A stretch of 63,501 nt of DNA, the filler included, from Reticulomyxa filosa (Eukaryota > Protista > Foraminifera), in NCBI GenBank assembly GCA_000512085.1. It is 22 parts of 22 records of this genome, joined end to end, with 100 filler letters (N's around TTAATTAATTAA, not from the genome) between each part and the next. Parts side by side here need not be neighbours in the genome. Positions count along the whole stretch, not along the records: positions 26,303 to 31,650 come from ASPP01005769.1; positions 31,751 to 34,276 come from ASPP01015447.1; positions 34,377 to 35,599 come from ASPP01014145.1; positions 35,700 to 40,340 come from ASPP01006095.1; 18 more parts are not named here. The stretch is one strand, 5' to 3'. Below are positions 26,303 through 40,325 of the stretch, piece by piece; the first letter of the stretch is position 1; every line of letters starts with the position of its first letter. A model generated the notes under the pieces. The model worked only from the letters and a program-made list of their open reading frames with translations, was not told where the DNA came from and did no database searches. Made by a program: the position numbers and the translations under genes.

Positions 26303-28729
26303 CAACAACAACAACAACAACAACAATCATCAACAACACAAAAATCGGATGACATAAACATTAACGACAAATTCACAATGGCAATGGATTATTTGGTACG
26401 ATTGTTGGATTTGCTTAATACTTGGATCAAACATAACCAAGGTGAATGTGTGCCTTTCCAATCGAAACCGAATTTGCAAGGCCTGTTGGAGAGTTTGATC
26501 GACGCCAAACTGTGGTTTGCCAACGGCATTGCCTCGTCTTGCTCTGCTTCGCTGCAAACGCAGTTTGCACATATGTGCTTGCAACTCGTCGAAAATGTGG
26601 GGCGCATTTATGCTTTTCGCACCGATTTCAAACTGAAGAAGACGCTGCAGCAAAACATCAAAGAGCTGTTGCAACGACATCAAACAGACATCCATTTGGT
26701 CGCGCTTATCGTTCAAAGATTGGGTCATGCCACCAACATTATGGACTCTCCCATGCGCAATTTTTTGATCAAGTTTTGTTTTGTTTTTTTTTTTTTTTAA
26801 TTGTTATTATTGTAGCTACATGCATATACATATATCTTTTTCTTTTGTTGTGTTTTAAAAAAAAAAAAAAAAAAAAAAAAGGTGGATCGAAAAGTGGGCT
26901 AGCGAAAATCAAAACAAGAGTGCAATGAAGGTGCTCTGGTCTTTGTTAGAAAAGTCAATCAATAACAAGTACTTGCGCGTGAGTGATAACTCCACTTTAA
27001 TGCAACAAGTGAAACAGTACTTGTCCCTCCCTGTCGTTGATGAAAACGCCAAGTCTTTACAGAAAGATAACCAAGAAAAAGAAGAAGAAGAAGAAGAAGA
27101 AGAAGACATTTGGGAAGAAGAAGAAAAAGGAGCAGAGCACGTGGAAAGTACGGACAAAGAGGAACAAGTCTTGCCTCAGAAATTGCTGGAAACTTTGCGT
27201 AACGAGCAGACATTCACCATCTCCAGACACGCAGGTATGATCCAATGTTTTTCCTTTATTTGTTTTATTTTAAATAAACAACTTTAAAATTGAAGTCGCT
27301 CACTTTGGATGAACAACATATATATGTATATATATATTATGTATGTGATGAAATGAAACAGCAAAGGCTTGCGTCCAATACTTGAAAATGCTGCAATATT
27401 CGAACAACGAATTGCAATGGCTGACCCATCTGTGGGGCATTAGTGAAAAGTGTTTGGACCGAATCGAAGCGCGCGACCGAGCGGCATTGACGGCGGGAGA
27501 GATAACGACGGAAGACCACTATATAACGTTTATATGCCACATCCACGACACAATGGTAGACTTGCTGGCGACGTGCGTCGGACGAGCCGAGAAGGACATG
27601 CATCGACGCGAGTCGTATCCACGAGAAATGTCAGACATAGCAACGCATTGGCAAAAGTGGAAGACGTTTGTAATGAATCACTGTTACCGCTTCGACGTGT
27701 TGGAGTCGACGTTGACGTGGCTGGAGTTGATTCGAGATTTGAGGGATTACACGGACGAGCTGCCATCGACATGCGAATTTGCAAAGGAGTGGCGTCGCGA
27801 GTTGGACGAGGTGATGTCGCTACAGTCGTTCGAAAGTGTATACAAGCATTGGTTGCCAGGATTGAGTGCGGCGGACGTGAACATTCGTCGTGTGTGTGTG
27901 GATCTGTTCCAATTATATGACCCGGACACAAAGTTTGTATTGAAAGATTACTACGGAAGTGAAGTGGGAAGGAAACAGATCATTCGTCTAGTTAGTGATA
28001 TTTACCATGACGACTGGGGGCCCTCGTTGGAGCGCAATCGCGAGAAGAAAATCGTTGAGTTGATCACGTTGGCACGATTGATCAATCCCATTGACTACGC
28101 TAACGAATCAGTCAAGTTGCAATGCGAAAACAATCCCAATCAGATAAAAATCGTCGAAAGCCAAGATTATCAAGTGCGTGTTGTTGTATCAACTGCCTTT
28201 GGCGTTCTGCGCATCAATTACCGTCCTTTGTGGCCTCACGCCATTGACCTGCTCAACGTTTGCTTCGAACGCTTCCCACATTACACTTGGATGGTGTATT
28301 ATCAAATGCTCACCGACTTTTTGCAAATGACCAATGTGCGCACCGATATTTCCAACGCTCTGTCGCGACGACAACGCTTATTTACTCTCAAAGACGGTGT
28401 CAAAGCCACGAGACCACTGCAAGTCCTGAGCTTATTGTTTGAGCAGCTCGTCAGCAATCAGACGGCCTTCCAAAATCATATCCCCGATTTGATCTCGCTG
28501 TTCCTGAACATTATGACCAACGAATATCATCTCACACATCCCCGAGACGCCTCCATTGGCAACATCGGCCTGGAACATCCTATCCAATTTGATTGGAGCG
28601 CCAAGCGCTACGTCAACACCAATGTTGCGAAAATCCGTCTTCGCAGTCGCTTGCACAATTTCTTGTTGTTATTTGCTAAAATTTGGAAATGGAAGCCTGT
28701 GTTTGAGGAATGGGAAAAAAATAGCAATG

Positions 28730-28789
<60 letters not shown>

Positions 28790-31650
28790 CCAACGAAACA
28801 ATACAAGACATAAAACAACGCTTTCAAGATAGCTTATATTTGTTGCTCGTATGTCGCGAAACAGACATCCAAGTGCTAGCATTGAGCGTGTATGCGAAAC
28901 TGTCGAGCGTGCTGAGACGATACTACTACACAAGTATGGAAGTAAAGACATCTTCGACCGACGGTGGCAAAGACTCTCAGAGAAGACACTTGCGAGCGTC
29001 GTTGAAATCGATGGTAAACTTGACGAACTTGAAAGCAGCCCTGTTGAATTTCAATCTGTGCAAAAAGGACACGTGCGATGTGTGGTGAAATCGGACAAAG
29101 ACGCAAGCAGGTTGTGTCGGTGGTGTTGCGACTGCTGTTTACAAAGTTGTTCGAGCGCCAAAAGCGCAAAGTGAAGGCCACCTTGACGGAGCGTCGAACG
29201 AGCATTTTGAATTACGTGTCTTCGCTGGAGCCGGACGAAGTGGGTCTTTTCTTGCAATACCTGCAACAACCACTGCAGGAGTTAACAATGAATAACGTGG
29301 AGCAAGTGCTTCGTCCTTCGCAAGACAATGTTGGTGATGGCCATGTGAAGCGACGATTGCAATTGGCGTCGTGGCAATTCCAAGACCAGTACTTGAAGAT
29401 ATTGGGTTTGTGGTTGAAATGTTCATCGATATGTTTGAGTGAGAATTTGGAGACGATCGTCCAATCAGTGTGTGGTCTGTTATTGCATTCGTGGCATTGT
29501 CTGTACCAGCATCAGCAGTACTTGGATGGCACCGTAGCGATAACCACGCAAGACATGAGAAAGCTGTGTCACAGTATCAACGAGCAAGCCTTTGATCGTT
29601 GCACAAGACTGTTCTATTTGTTTGCAGGATCGCCATATGTGTGTGAGAAGATCAATCATTGCTTAGAACTTATCCACGACAGGTTATGTCATCTCATATT
29701 GCAGAATAAGGCCGATTCATCCACATCTCAAGTCCATGTGTGGAACAGCTCGTTTTCCTTTGTGTGGCCATTGCTGTTGGCCATCAGTCAACACGAAAAG
29801 TCGGTAAGCTTATTTCAACGACCGTGGACGATGCAGCTGATCACACAGAGTCTGGAAAGCAGTGCCCGAAGCGACGGGAGCGACGTACCGTATGACAAAC
29901 TCGTGAAACGATCGTGCACACAAATGATAACGAATTGCATTGTCCATAAGCACATCATGACAGACAGCTTGAAGAAGAGTGCATCCGATTTGCTGCGCGG
30001 ACTGATTGCGACCATTCGACATAAGTCGGCCAGGGGCCCTACAGCGATCCCCAAACGCGAGATAAAGATCGTCGTTGCACTATCACAAATGGTGGAGCAG
30101 CAGGACCAATTGGAAATCATTTGCAAATTGCTGGTGGATCATTTGCCTCCTCTCAAGGCCAGCGAAGACCTCATGAAGCTCATCTTGGAAACCCTGACTC
30201 AATTACTTCCGCGTGTGTCCAATTTCTATCACTGGTCCAAACCTTTGACCGAAATCCTCAACACCGTCCATGACCCCGCGTCCAGATCCAATCTGTGTAA
30301 ACTGCTTATCAGCATTGGCAATCGACAAATGGAGGTGTCATCATCTGGAGATGCTCATCATGTCAAGACACAAGGCGCATGGCTCCCGTTGGTTGCTCCT
30401 TTGCTATCGGATTTGAACTGCATAACCACGCACAAAGCGACCTCCGGACGTGATTCCGACTCTGCACTCATGCTCAAGAAGTTGAATGCGTATGAGCATC
30501 TTCGGTCCGACTTTTTGCATCAACTGTCATTCGAACAGCTGAAGTTGTTGATCTCCACCATCCTCTTTGATGTCACGAACAATGATCCTAAAAGCACCAT
30601 TGGCATTGCTTCACAATTGACACTGTCGTATATCCTGCTCGACAAAGCCAAGCAACGCTCGCAACAGATCAATCACTATATCAACGGCTTTGTGCTGCGA
30701 CAGTTGACCAGCACGCCCAATGACATTCTCATTCGGTCCTATCGTCGCTACTTGCCGTTGCTGCGGACATTGTGCATAGCTGAGAAGCCCGACCAATCTA
30801 CAAGTCACAATGCTGATGACAAGCATGTCGAGGACCAGAACAAACAGAACAAACAGAACAAACAGAACAAGACCAAAAACGGCAATTTATACGTTTTATT
30901 TGAAAATGGTGTGGAAGGAAATGACATTTTCACTCTGCTTTGCAGCGAACATTCCGACGATTTGTTCGCCGGCCTGAAACAACTGCGAATGTTTTTGACT
31001 ATCAAAAGTCGCAAAGCAAAGGAGATCCATGTCACGCTAAATGACAAGGCCATGTTTATCTTGTTTCCAATCATTGATAGTTTTGTGTACGAATCCAAAT
31101 CCATTGACGAATATGTGCAGAACGAAGCCATGAAACTGATACAAAACATGGCCCAATGCGCTCACTGGCGGTGGTATCGCCATTTGATTTATCACTTTAT
31201 GTCCAATTACCAAAAGAAGGACATATCCGAGTCTTGGAAAGTTTTGTCCCTGGAAATGGTCATGCGCATTGCCAAAGTCTTTCATTTTAATGTTGATTGG
31301 GTGAGTAATCTGGTTCGGCTGGACAGTGTCTTGTCCAAACGAAGCAATCGAACTTCATTTTGGGATGAAATTGAAGAAAAAAAAACTGTGAATGCAGAAG
31401 AGAAGGCCCCTCTTCCGGCCCCCATCACCGATCAACCAAACACGGCACAAACAGAAGTCACTGCTGCTTTGCCAGAAACTGGAGAGAATAAACCCGTCGA
31501 CTCTACCGCAAATGTCAATGACGGCAGTCAAGATGCTGGAAACAATAATAACAAAGATGACAATGAAGACAATGATAACAATGAAGACAAAGATGACAAT
31601 GAAGACAATGATAACAATGAAGACAATGATGACAATGATAACAATGAAGG
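26303..31650 (+). CDS. UTP20: UTP20/DRIM-like HEAT-repeat SSU processome protein, partial, with one frame break at ~29080
   Basis: Introns 26773-26881 and 27235-27361 restore the frame. Motifs GVLRINYRPLWPHAIDLL, VLRLLFTKL...RRTSILNYV, WRWYRHLI and RIAKVFHF resemble UTP20. Confidence 0.65.
28730..28786 (+). repeat. (AAT)n microsatellite encoding poly-Asn
   Basis: Perfect AAT run inside the ORF. Similar poly-N/Q/T/HS tracts occur at ~36020-36067, 37322-37355, 42982-43018 and 43890-43960. Confidence 0.9.
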
Positions 31651-31794
31651 NNNNNNNNNNNNNNNNNNNNNNNNNNNNNNNNNNNNNNNNNNNNTTAATT
31701 AATTAANNNNNNNNNNNNNNNNNNNNNNNNNNNNNNNNNNNNNNNNNNNNATATATGTGTATATATTCACACGTTTAATATTTAGCTTCTTAGC

Positions 31795-32086
31795 CAAAGC
31801 ATATGCTGCCGAGTGTTGCATTCACTTAAATCGCATTCGAGAGGCCAGAGCAGTGCTAGATCCACACACCGAACAAACGACGACCACAGAAGCCACTCCT
31901 CGAACAAGCAAGGACCATCATCACTTTTTGAACTCGGACCAAGAAAAAGAAAAGGAGAAAGACAAGGAAAAGGAAAAAGAAAAAGAAAAAGACAAAGAAA
32001 GGGAAAAAGACAAGCAAAAAACGCTTTCACATTTTGATGACGCAAGTCAGAACCATAAAACTACTAAACAAATTTTAAACGGCTAA
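31795..32086 (+). CDS. Exon of a CNOT10-like (CCR4-NOT subunit 10) protein
   Basis: AKAYAAECCIHLNRIREARAVLDP resembles the CNOT10 YAAEAL..L.R..EA...L.P motif; followed by a KE-rich tail. Confidence 0.45.
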
Positions 32087-32683
32087 TCAGAGCAGTCTGC
32101 TAAGCTACGTTTGAACTTTAAAACAGTTGTGAAAGCTTACAAAGAAAACTTAATTGATAATCTTTTTATAGTTTAGTTCTAAGAATAAGTCATACATTGA
32201 AAAAAATAAAATGTTACGGTTGTATATATTTGATAGATTTTTTTTTTTTTTTGTATTGGTGTAGCAGACAAAGGCATTTCACATTCAAAAAATGTATTGC
32301 ATTTTTTTTGAGAAGATAACTTACTTATGTTTTGTGATGCCACTGATCATAGCATCAGGAAAAGAGTATTTTGTTATGTATTTGATTTAAAAGATTTTCG
32401 CCCGCAACTTACTTATTAAAATAAAATGGTGAAAACTTTTTTTTTTTTTTTTATGACATTAAAAAAAATCTGCTGGATCAACTTATAAGTACCAGATTTT
32501 GAAACTCTAATGGAGCTAAATCAAAAATTGTTAGATTAGTCTGAAAAAGGATGTTGATTTTTTCTGGCATGTTATCAAAAACGACATTTATCAAATTATG
32601 AAGATGTGTGGTGAAAATCAAATACAAACAAATTATTGAACAAAATTTAATTTCGAATTTGTATTTTGTTTGTTTGAGAGTGA

Positions 32684-34276
32684 TTAGTAAGTGATGACAA
32701 AAGGATCGTCAAATCTTGAAAACCAATAAGGATCCATCCGCGATGCGCAGTGTTTTAGCACTATCTTTCTATCGATCTCTTTGCCGTAAATTGCATCAAT
32801 AAACCATTGTGGCTGCACTTTGACCATCAAACACTAGAAAAAAAAAAAGTTTGTCCATGCATAATTTTATATACGTGCACACACGTATATAAATTTTTTT
32901 GGAGATGCACTAACCTCAAGCAAATAATATTTCGGCTGCCCAGATTTGGCCCATGCTCCACCGGCGTGATGGAATACAAAAATATCGTGAGAATGTTTAT
33001 CGTCATTCGATGTCCATTCCAAGCTTTGCAACAGTGGTGTTTGCGACGTATTCCTTTCCACAGCATGAAGAAGCCATAGATCCAGATTCAATTGTTTATA
33101 AATTTCAAATGCTTTGTTATCTGTTAAAAAAAAAAAAAAAATTTAAATTAAAAAAAAACAAAAAAAACAAAACTACACACAACTATATACGTACAAACCT
33201 CTTAATACTCCCAAATGTCGTACCATATTAAGTACAAAAGGATGCAAGACAAACTCAAAAAATTGAAAAACCCAAAAAGTAGGTTTGATGATCAGCACCC
33301 CATTGTTCGGCATGAATTTGCTTTCCTGAACATGTTGCAGAAGCAAGTCTTTGGAGAGCATGTGCTGACTCCAAAAGTGCTGCAAGCTCCAATTCATGTT
33401 CAGGATGATGCTATCGCTGTCGAGCAGCAAGACCAGACTTGGAGTGAATGGAACGACTCCAGAATGCTCTCGTAAAAAAGTATACGTGTCGGAGAGCGAG
33501 TCGTTTAGCAGCTGCTCATCTTCCAGTTGTTGCGGTGAAAACTGGCTCTGCAAAGGGTCGAAACGAAAAAGTGGAGGTATTTTTAACAAAGACCAGTTGG
33601 GTGTCATGTTGCTTTGCAACATAGGTTTGGTAGATGTGCTATGTGAAACGTTGAAATAATTCGACAAGTCATGTCGAAAAAGCAACAATTGTAAAAAATA
33701 AAATTTGTGCCAATTTGCAGTGCGTTTGTGTTTCAAAAGTATTTTATTGTTTTCGTCATTCAACTCACAATACGTATAACCATACTTCCTTACGTAGTCC
33801 ATACGATTTTTTCGAATGTGATACGTAGCATTGGAATTGGGAATGCCTACCATCACTGTCACTACTATATTTTTATAGTTTTCTTGTTCCAACTCCATAT
33901 TTTCACCAGTCGGTGACCTTCCGTTACGTAGCGATGCATCCACTGCCTCGTCACTACGCCAACAGTACGAACTTGGTTTTTTCAACCAATTTATTGCATC
34001 TGTCGAATATTGCTCCGCTCTACGTGTGCTCATTTCCGAAGAGGATGGCAGCTCAAATACCGATCGCGGAATTTCATTTGCTCGATTATTGTATGGACCT
34101 TGTCGTGGACCCAGATACCCTTTCGCATGCAATAGATCATTCTCTTCATGTGGTGAATACTCGATCACGTGCACTTCTGATCTCGTTATTGATGTCAGCT
34201 TTTCCATTTGTTGTTCATTTGTTGACTCCTTTTTTTTTGGTGACATTGTTTCAGATTTCTGTAGGAACCTTGCGAC
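32684..34276 (-). CDS. Glycosyltransferase family 34-like (GMA12/MNN10 type) protein
   Basis: NRMDYVRKYGY, WHKFYFL, LLLDSDS (DxD), NNGVLII and FVFHHAG motifs. Two 3' introns; the last exon ends ...FVITY* at 32684. Confidence 0.7.
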
Positions 34277-34376
34277 NNNNNNNNNNNNNNNNNNNNNNNN
34301 NNNNNNNNNNNNNNNNNNNNTTAATTAATTAANNNNNNNNNNNNNNNNNNNNNNNNNNNNNNNNNNNNNNNNNNNN

Positions 34377-34408
<32 letters not shown>

Positions 34409-34416
34409 TACATTAC

Positions 34417-35599
34417 TTATGAAAAATGAAATAAATAAAAAAAGAGACTGAACGGGTCGTTCAAGTCGACAATAAGAGCTGTGTCTAATGTTTGTTGCGA
34501 AGAGCCATTATCATGAAGAGGGATTCTGTCTAGCCAATCCCCATTGGCAAATTCCAAATTTAGATTTGGCCACAATGCGACATTCTTTTTCCACCATTCC
34601 AACAAAAAAAAAAAAAAAAAAAAAGAAAAGAATGAATTGAGCAACACATGCAATTGGATTATATGAATAAAAAAAAATGTGAAAGTTTGGTTGACAAAAC
34701 ATGTTTGGTGGCGATAAACAAAGGAGGCTTGTAGACAAGGTGATCTGCAATGGTGTTGCCAGCAACATCCGCTTTTGCGTCGACTTGAATGTCTTCTCTT
34801 TGTTGTAACATTCCCCACCGTTCTTTCTCTTTGGGTTTTTCTTTTTCTCCTTCATATCTCCTTACATTTGTTTGTTTTAGTTTGCATTTTCTTTTCTTTT
34901 TTTTTTTTTAAATAAATAAGTAAATAAACAAACATTTTAAAAAAAATAAAATAAAAAATAAATAAATAAATAAAATGGAAAAAGAGGAATTGTGAACCAT
35001 TCTTCTTCGTCCATATCGGGCATGAGTTCCTCAACATCCCACAACTCTTGAGCTTCGTCGTTAAGTTCGGACGTGGCGTGGGTGGGACTGTCTCGCAGTT
35101 CGATAGGATTTTGATGCCGTTGTCTTTCCTGCTCTTCTTCTTGTATCTTCTTCTCCAACTGCATTTGGATCTCCTTGCGCTCCTGCTCCTTTCTGTCCTT
35201 GACAACGTCTTCATTTTCCATTCCAGGGATTGTCAGAGACGGCAGTCCAACCTGTCCACTTGCGTTGGAGGGGGTCGTGGCAAACTTGCGTTTAAAATCA
35301 ATTAGACTCGAAGACGAGGACGAGGTCTTCTTCTTATCCAGTTGCATGTCCTTCAGCACGTCCAAACCCCGAGAATATGCATCTCTCAAATTTGATTTCA
35401 ATTGCACATTGATTCTCCTGGACTTGTTTGCGTTGTTTTTGTTCTTGGTTTTCTTATTGATATCGTTGTAGTTGTTTGCATGGTCATTGGGATGGAAGTG
35501 GTATTGAACAATTGGAAAAAGAGGAGAATGTGCTTTTGGAGCTTTCCAATTTGTGTTATTATTATTATTATTATTATTGTTATTGTTATTGTAATGAAG
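34417..35599 (-). CDS. Multi-exon protein fragment, unknown function
   Basis: Coding-like exons (34937-35407, ~34690-34860, ~34440-34590) separated by A/T-run introns. Confidence 0.35.
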
Positions 35600-35699
35600 N
35601 NNNNNNNNNNNNNNNNNNNNNNNNNNNNNNNNNNNNNNNNNNNTTAATTAATTAANNNNNNNNNNNNNNNNNNNNNNNNNNNNNNNNNNNNNNNNNNNN

Positions 35700-37736
35700 C
35701 ACTTCACGATATCATCATCATCACCACCATCGATCGGGAATCCCAATGTGACAACCTTCGGTCGATGTTTGGGTCCAATTATCCTTGGACCTATCGATTC
35801 CATCGTTGGAAGGAAATGGACTACGACCACCATCTGTACGTCGTTCACATTCGAGTGCTCGACATCCCTTATTTCCATTCCTGTCCATTGCAAACCCCTC
35901 CCGACTCTACAAATGCCAATCCTAATGCAACTAGTGATACAAGTGCAAGCGCAAGCACAAGTGCAAGTGCAAGTGCAAGTGTGAATGCAAGTAATATCAC
36001 TGCTACCGTTCATTATACCCATAGTCATAGTCATGGTCATAGTCATAGTCATAGTCATAGTCATAGTCGTGGACATGAGCATGGACAAGAAACGGAGCCA
36101 GTCGGATCACCTCGACAACGCTTTTTAGAAAGTGTGCTGACTTGGGCCAAGAGTGTGTTGAAAAAGCGTCGATTTATAATATTGTACAGTGCATATACGA
36201 CAGGATCACAGCAGGAAGAGCAAAAAGAACAACAACAACAGCAGCAGCAGCAAGACAAGTTGGGAAGTACGGATCGACTGTTGATCGCCGTCGACGGACG
36301 CGAAGTCGGAGACGAATGGCACTCGAAAGATGCTGTGTTGATGACAGCAGCGCAACAGATAATGGACAAAATTTACTGCGGACGTTATCGCGTCGACGTT
36401 CGGTTTTATCCGGGCAAGCACTCGTGCAAGCATCGGTTGGAGGATGACTACTTCACCCACCAAGGACTCACTTTGCGACATTGCTTGACCAACTCCGATG
36501 CATTGACCAAGTCTTTGCTGCTTTTGTCCTTTGAAAAAAAAGCTACGCTGGACATCATTCGCACTAGATTCGCATTGCTGTCGCGATTGCGCCATTGCTT
36601 GCATTCTGTCATCCCCGGCGCTCATTTCGAAATTTTTGGGTCCATTGCCTGCGGCTTGGATCACAGACATAGCGATTTGGATATCTCCATACACTTGCCC
36701 GCCAATCACTCCCTCCAAAAAACACACTTCTTTAATCAATTCGCCTCGCATGATCATCATCTCTCTCTTTTGCATGACTTTGAAAATAAACGCATTCGAG
36801 AAATCTTGCATCCTTTTGTTCGTAATTTAGAGCAAGCAGGTGTTTTATTTTTGTTTTGTTTTGTTTCTTTTCCTATATGTATTTTATGTACATAGGGCAA
36901 TTTGGTGTCAAATATTACGAATATGCCTATGTTCCTGTTATCAAGCTTTATGACAATGTGAGGTATGAACGAACCTTTTCTCAATTTGCATGCCAATTTT
37001 GAAATTTAAGAAAAAAAAAACACGTGCAATACAAATACACACATTTGAAAGTGGCCTTCATTGCGACATATCTGTGGCACGACCGGAATCGGACATAAAA
37101 ACTCGCTTGATCTCGAAATATGTCTCCATTGACTACCGCGTACGACCGCTTGTACTAGCGGTCAAACAATGGGTCAAAAGTCGAGGCATTGCCGACGCTT
37201 ATCGCGGACACTTGAACAGCTTTGGTTTAACTCTTATGATCATACATTATTTGCAAACACGTGAATCCCCCATTTTACCTATTTTGGACTTGACTACTTC
37301 TACTTCCGCAAATACTACTATTAATAACAATAATAATAATAATAATAATAATAATGCCAACACGACAACAACAAACACTGGAACTGGCACTACTATTGCC
37401 ACTATCAATAGTGCATCTGCCAAGTTTGATTGGGAAAGAGCAGACAAATTTGTCAATTTTGGTGCATCTAACACAATGTCTTTGGGAGACTTATATCGAG
37501 GCTTTTTTTCTTATTATCACCGCGAATTTGACGGAGAGAAACACGCCATTTCCATACAAAGCAAACAACTCCTTGACAAATCCAAATTGCTCGTTCAAAG
37601 TGGTCAAAATCAGGTCATGTATGTGTTGGATCCTTTGGACTCTACCGACAATGTTGCCAGACGCGTTACCCAAAATACTTGGAAAAAATGGGAAAGGGAA
37701 ATTGGCAAAGCTGTACAGCTGTTGACTGAATCTTGA
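35700..37736 (+). CDS. Non-canonical poly(A) polymerase / terminal uridylyltransferase (Cid1/GLD-2/TUT family), 5'-partial
   Basis: FGSIACGLDHRHSDLDI (GS + DxD), CDISV, RVRPLVLAVKQWVKSRGI, LNSFGLTLMIIHYLQ and PAP-associated LGDLYRGFFSYY...VLDPLDSTDNVAR. Confidence 0.9.
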
Positions 37737-38446
37737 TTTGGAATTTAAAAGAGAATGAAGGCAGGAAGCTATAGTCTCTCACTGCAAGTGTGAGTAATGC
37801 TTTTTTGGACAATTTGGATTTTTTTTTTTTGTTAGTTTCGTGTTGTACTCTAAAAGTGTTTTGAACAATTGTTTACTTCTTTTGGCTTTGTGTTTCTGTG
37901 CATGTATGTGCCTTTTTTATTTCACTTTGATTTTGTTTCAGTTTTGTTTTAGTCGTTTGCAACACTAATCAATCTTTTTGGATTGCCATCCACTTTATTC
38001 AACTTCAAAAACATATTTGAACTCTGCAAAATAACGTATCTCAGCAGCAAAGCAAAACTTTTCAGTACTCAGATGAAAGTGTTTAGTTTGTGAGTGGGTC
38101 TAAACTGCAGTCTGAAATCATAAAATCTCTATTTCCGTATTTACAGATCATGGGGAAAAACAAGTTGAATTTGTTGGACAAAAGGGTTCGCAGTTAATTT
38201 TGTTTTGTTTGTTATTTTATTTTATTTTTTGTTTTTTTTTTTTTTGACCACGTCTATAAAAAATTACAAAATGACAACTCCCTCTCATCCGAAAGTGAGA
38301 TCCTCCCTTTCCCACAAAACAAATAGCTGCTATTGTTGATTATTATTATTATTTTTTTTTTTGTATATTTTGAAAATTTGTCGTGCGAAAATAGCAATGC
38401 CATTCTGTCGATATTGCATTCTTGCACTCACCTCACTCATACTTGG

Positions 38447-39683
38447 TCATTGCCGATTCTCTTGATTGGCAATTAACTGGAACGGTGCGATGGGAACTTC
38501 AAAAGCCTCGCCATCACTTTTCAAAAATTGAAGTGCACCTTCCATCTTCCCACGTTCAGTGGATAAGGTGGTGCCAGAGCCATAAATAAAAACGGATCCA
38601 CTTTCCAAATAAGGTTGTTGTCCCACCACTCCTTGTTGAAACCGTGGAACGACATTCGACGTTGTTTGGTATCAGTGATCACCCAATGTCTGCCGACCAA
38701 TTGCACTTGATGAATCCCATGGTTTTCGACACGAACGCGATACGTAAAAATGTAGGACTCACGAGGATCTGGACAATGCTTTGCTGTCACAATGATCCGA
38801 ATGCCAAACGCTTCGCTCACACTTGTGCAGTCATTCATTGCTATTTGACGATCGAGCTCTTTGCTCGCCTCAAACGCCTCGCTCATATATTGTTGGATCC
38901 TTTCTTTGTCCGTTTCACTTTCCGAAGCATTGAGAGAATATCGTACGTTCGTTGTTTGTGTGTTTGTTTGTGTGTCGGTTAGTTTTTGTCGAAAATGCAA
39001 GAAATTTCCTTACTTTTCTTGACCAAAAAAAAAAAACAAAATCAGTCAGTCAACAAATTATTCTCTCTTTTTTTTTTTTTTGTTTTGTTTTGTTTTGTTT
39101 ATATTAATTAATAATTATCAGTTCAAAACTTTTTGTGATCATTAAAACAATGATAAATCACTTGTGACAAGCGATGGTAGTTGTATTCAGTCCGATTACA
39201 ATGCGTCCATAAGGGCGATTTTTTGGGTGTGAATTGTTTCTGTATGGGGACGGGGTTTGTATATTTCGCTTGAAATAGATCCACGTCGTCTTTTTCTTCG
39301 CTTTCTTGGCTTCGCAGATATTGTTTGCCGTAGTCAATGGGCTTATGGTAAGTATATGATTGGTACAACGTGTCCCCTGACTTTTGCTTGTCTTTGTCTT
39401 CTTGCTCTTTTCCTTCTCCTCCTTCTTCTCCTGATGACGTTCTGGGGGTCTTCTTATCAAAAGAAAACTGGTTGTTTATGTATTTGTGCGCTGATTTTGG
39501 TAATATCCTTTTCAACATTATCTCATCTTGGCTCGGCTGGTGATGGTCACCTTTTCCCCACAATTCCAGCGACGCGTCTTCTTGGAGCCGAAACACATGC
39601 GAGCTTCTGGTCGTCGCCTCAAAGCCCTTTTTTAGTAGCGTACGGTAAACGCTGCGTACTAGATGCCGATTTTGCAATGACAT
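38447..39683 (-). CDS. ApaG-domain protein with N-terminal LYR-like motif; single-base frameshift at ~38654
   Basis: YIFTYRVRVEN...VQLVGRHWVITD, then in a shifted frame GVVGQQPYL...GKMEG...FEVPIAPFQL (ApaG). Starts MSLQNRHLVRSVYRTLLKKG; one intron at ~39010-39160. Confidence 0.8.
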
Positions 39684-40184
39684 CACAAAAGTTATAATTG
39701 ATAATGTTGGAGGAAAGGGGAAGACAAATAAAATCACAAAACTTTTACTTTTTACGTTTCTTGACTTTTCAAAAAAAAAAAGTTTAATAAACAAGTGAGA
39801 GTCATAACGTATACGTTTTTTTCCTTAAGACATTGTGCGGCAATAGTATTTTAAAATTTATTTTTTTTTTTGTGAAAAGTAATTATATATCACAATATAC
39901 CAATGTGTGTTTTGATTTTTTTCTTCATCTTCAAAAATTACAGCATTTTTTCGATTTCAATAAGTGGATCATGAACTGTTCAAATTTTACTCGTAAATCT
40001 ATCAAGTCTTAGTAGCTGCATGGCTTTGTGTTCTTTTTTTTACCTTTTTTTTGCAAAACATTCGCGAACAGAACAGCCGCAACTAAAGTTATTGTACTCT
40101 TCATTTTGTCTAAATTTCTCCAATGTTCAGGAGTATTTATCTGTGTCAATTTGTGACCTTTTGCAAATCGACTCAAAAGTATCA

Positions 40185-40260
40185 ATGGGAAACTGTTTCA
40201 AGAAAACGCCTGCATACGAAGATGGCACGACGATTTCAGCGGAGCAATCTTTGGCCATGG
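40185..40260 (+). CDS. First exon of an N-acylated protein (MGNC motif)
   Basis: MGNCFKKTPAYEDG... followed by a GT donor and an AT-rich intron at the contig end. Confidence 0.45.
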
Positions 40261-40294
40261 GTATATCTTTTTTTCAACAAATATGCACTTACAC

Positions 40295-40325
<31 letters not shown>

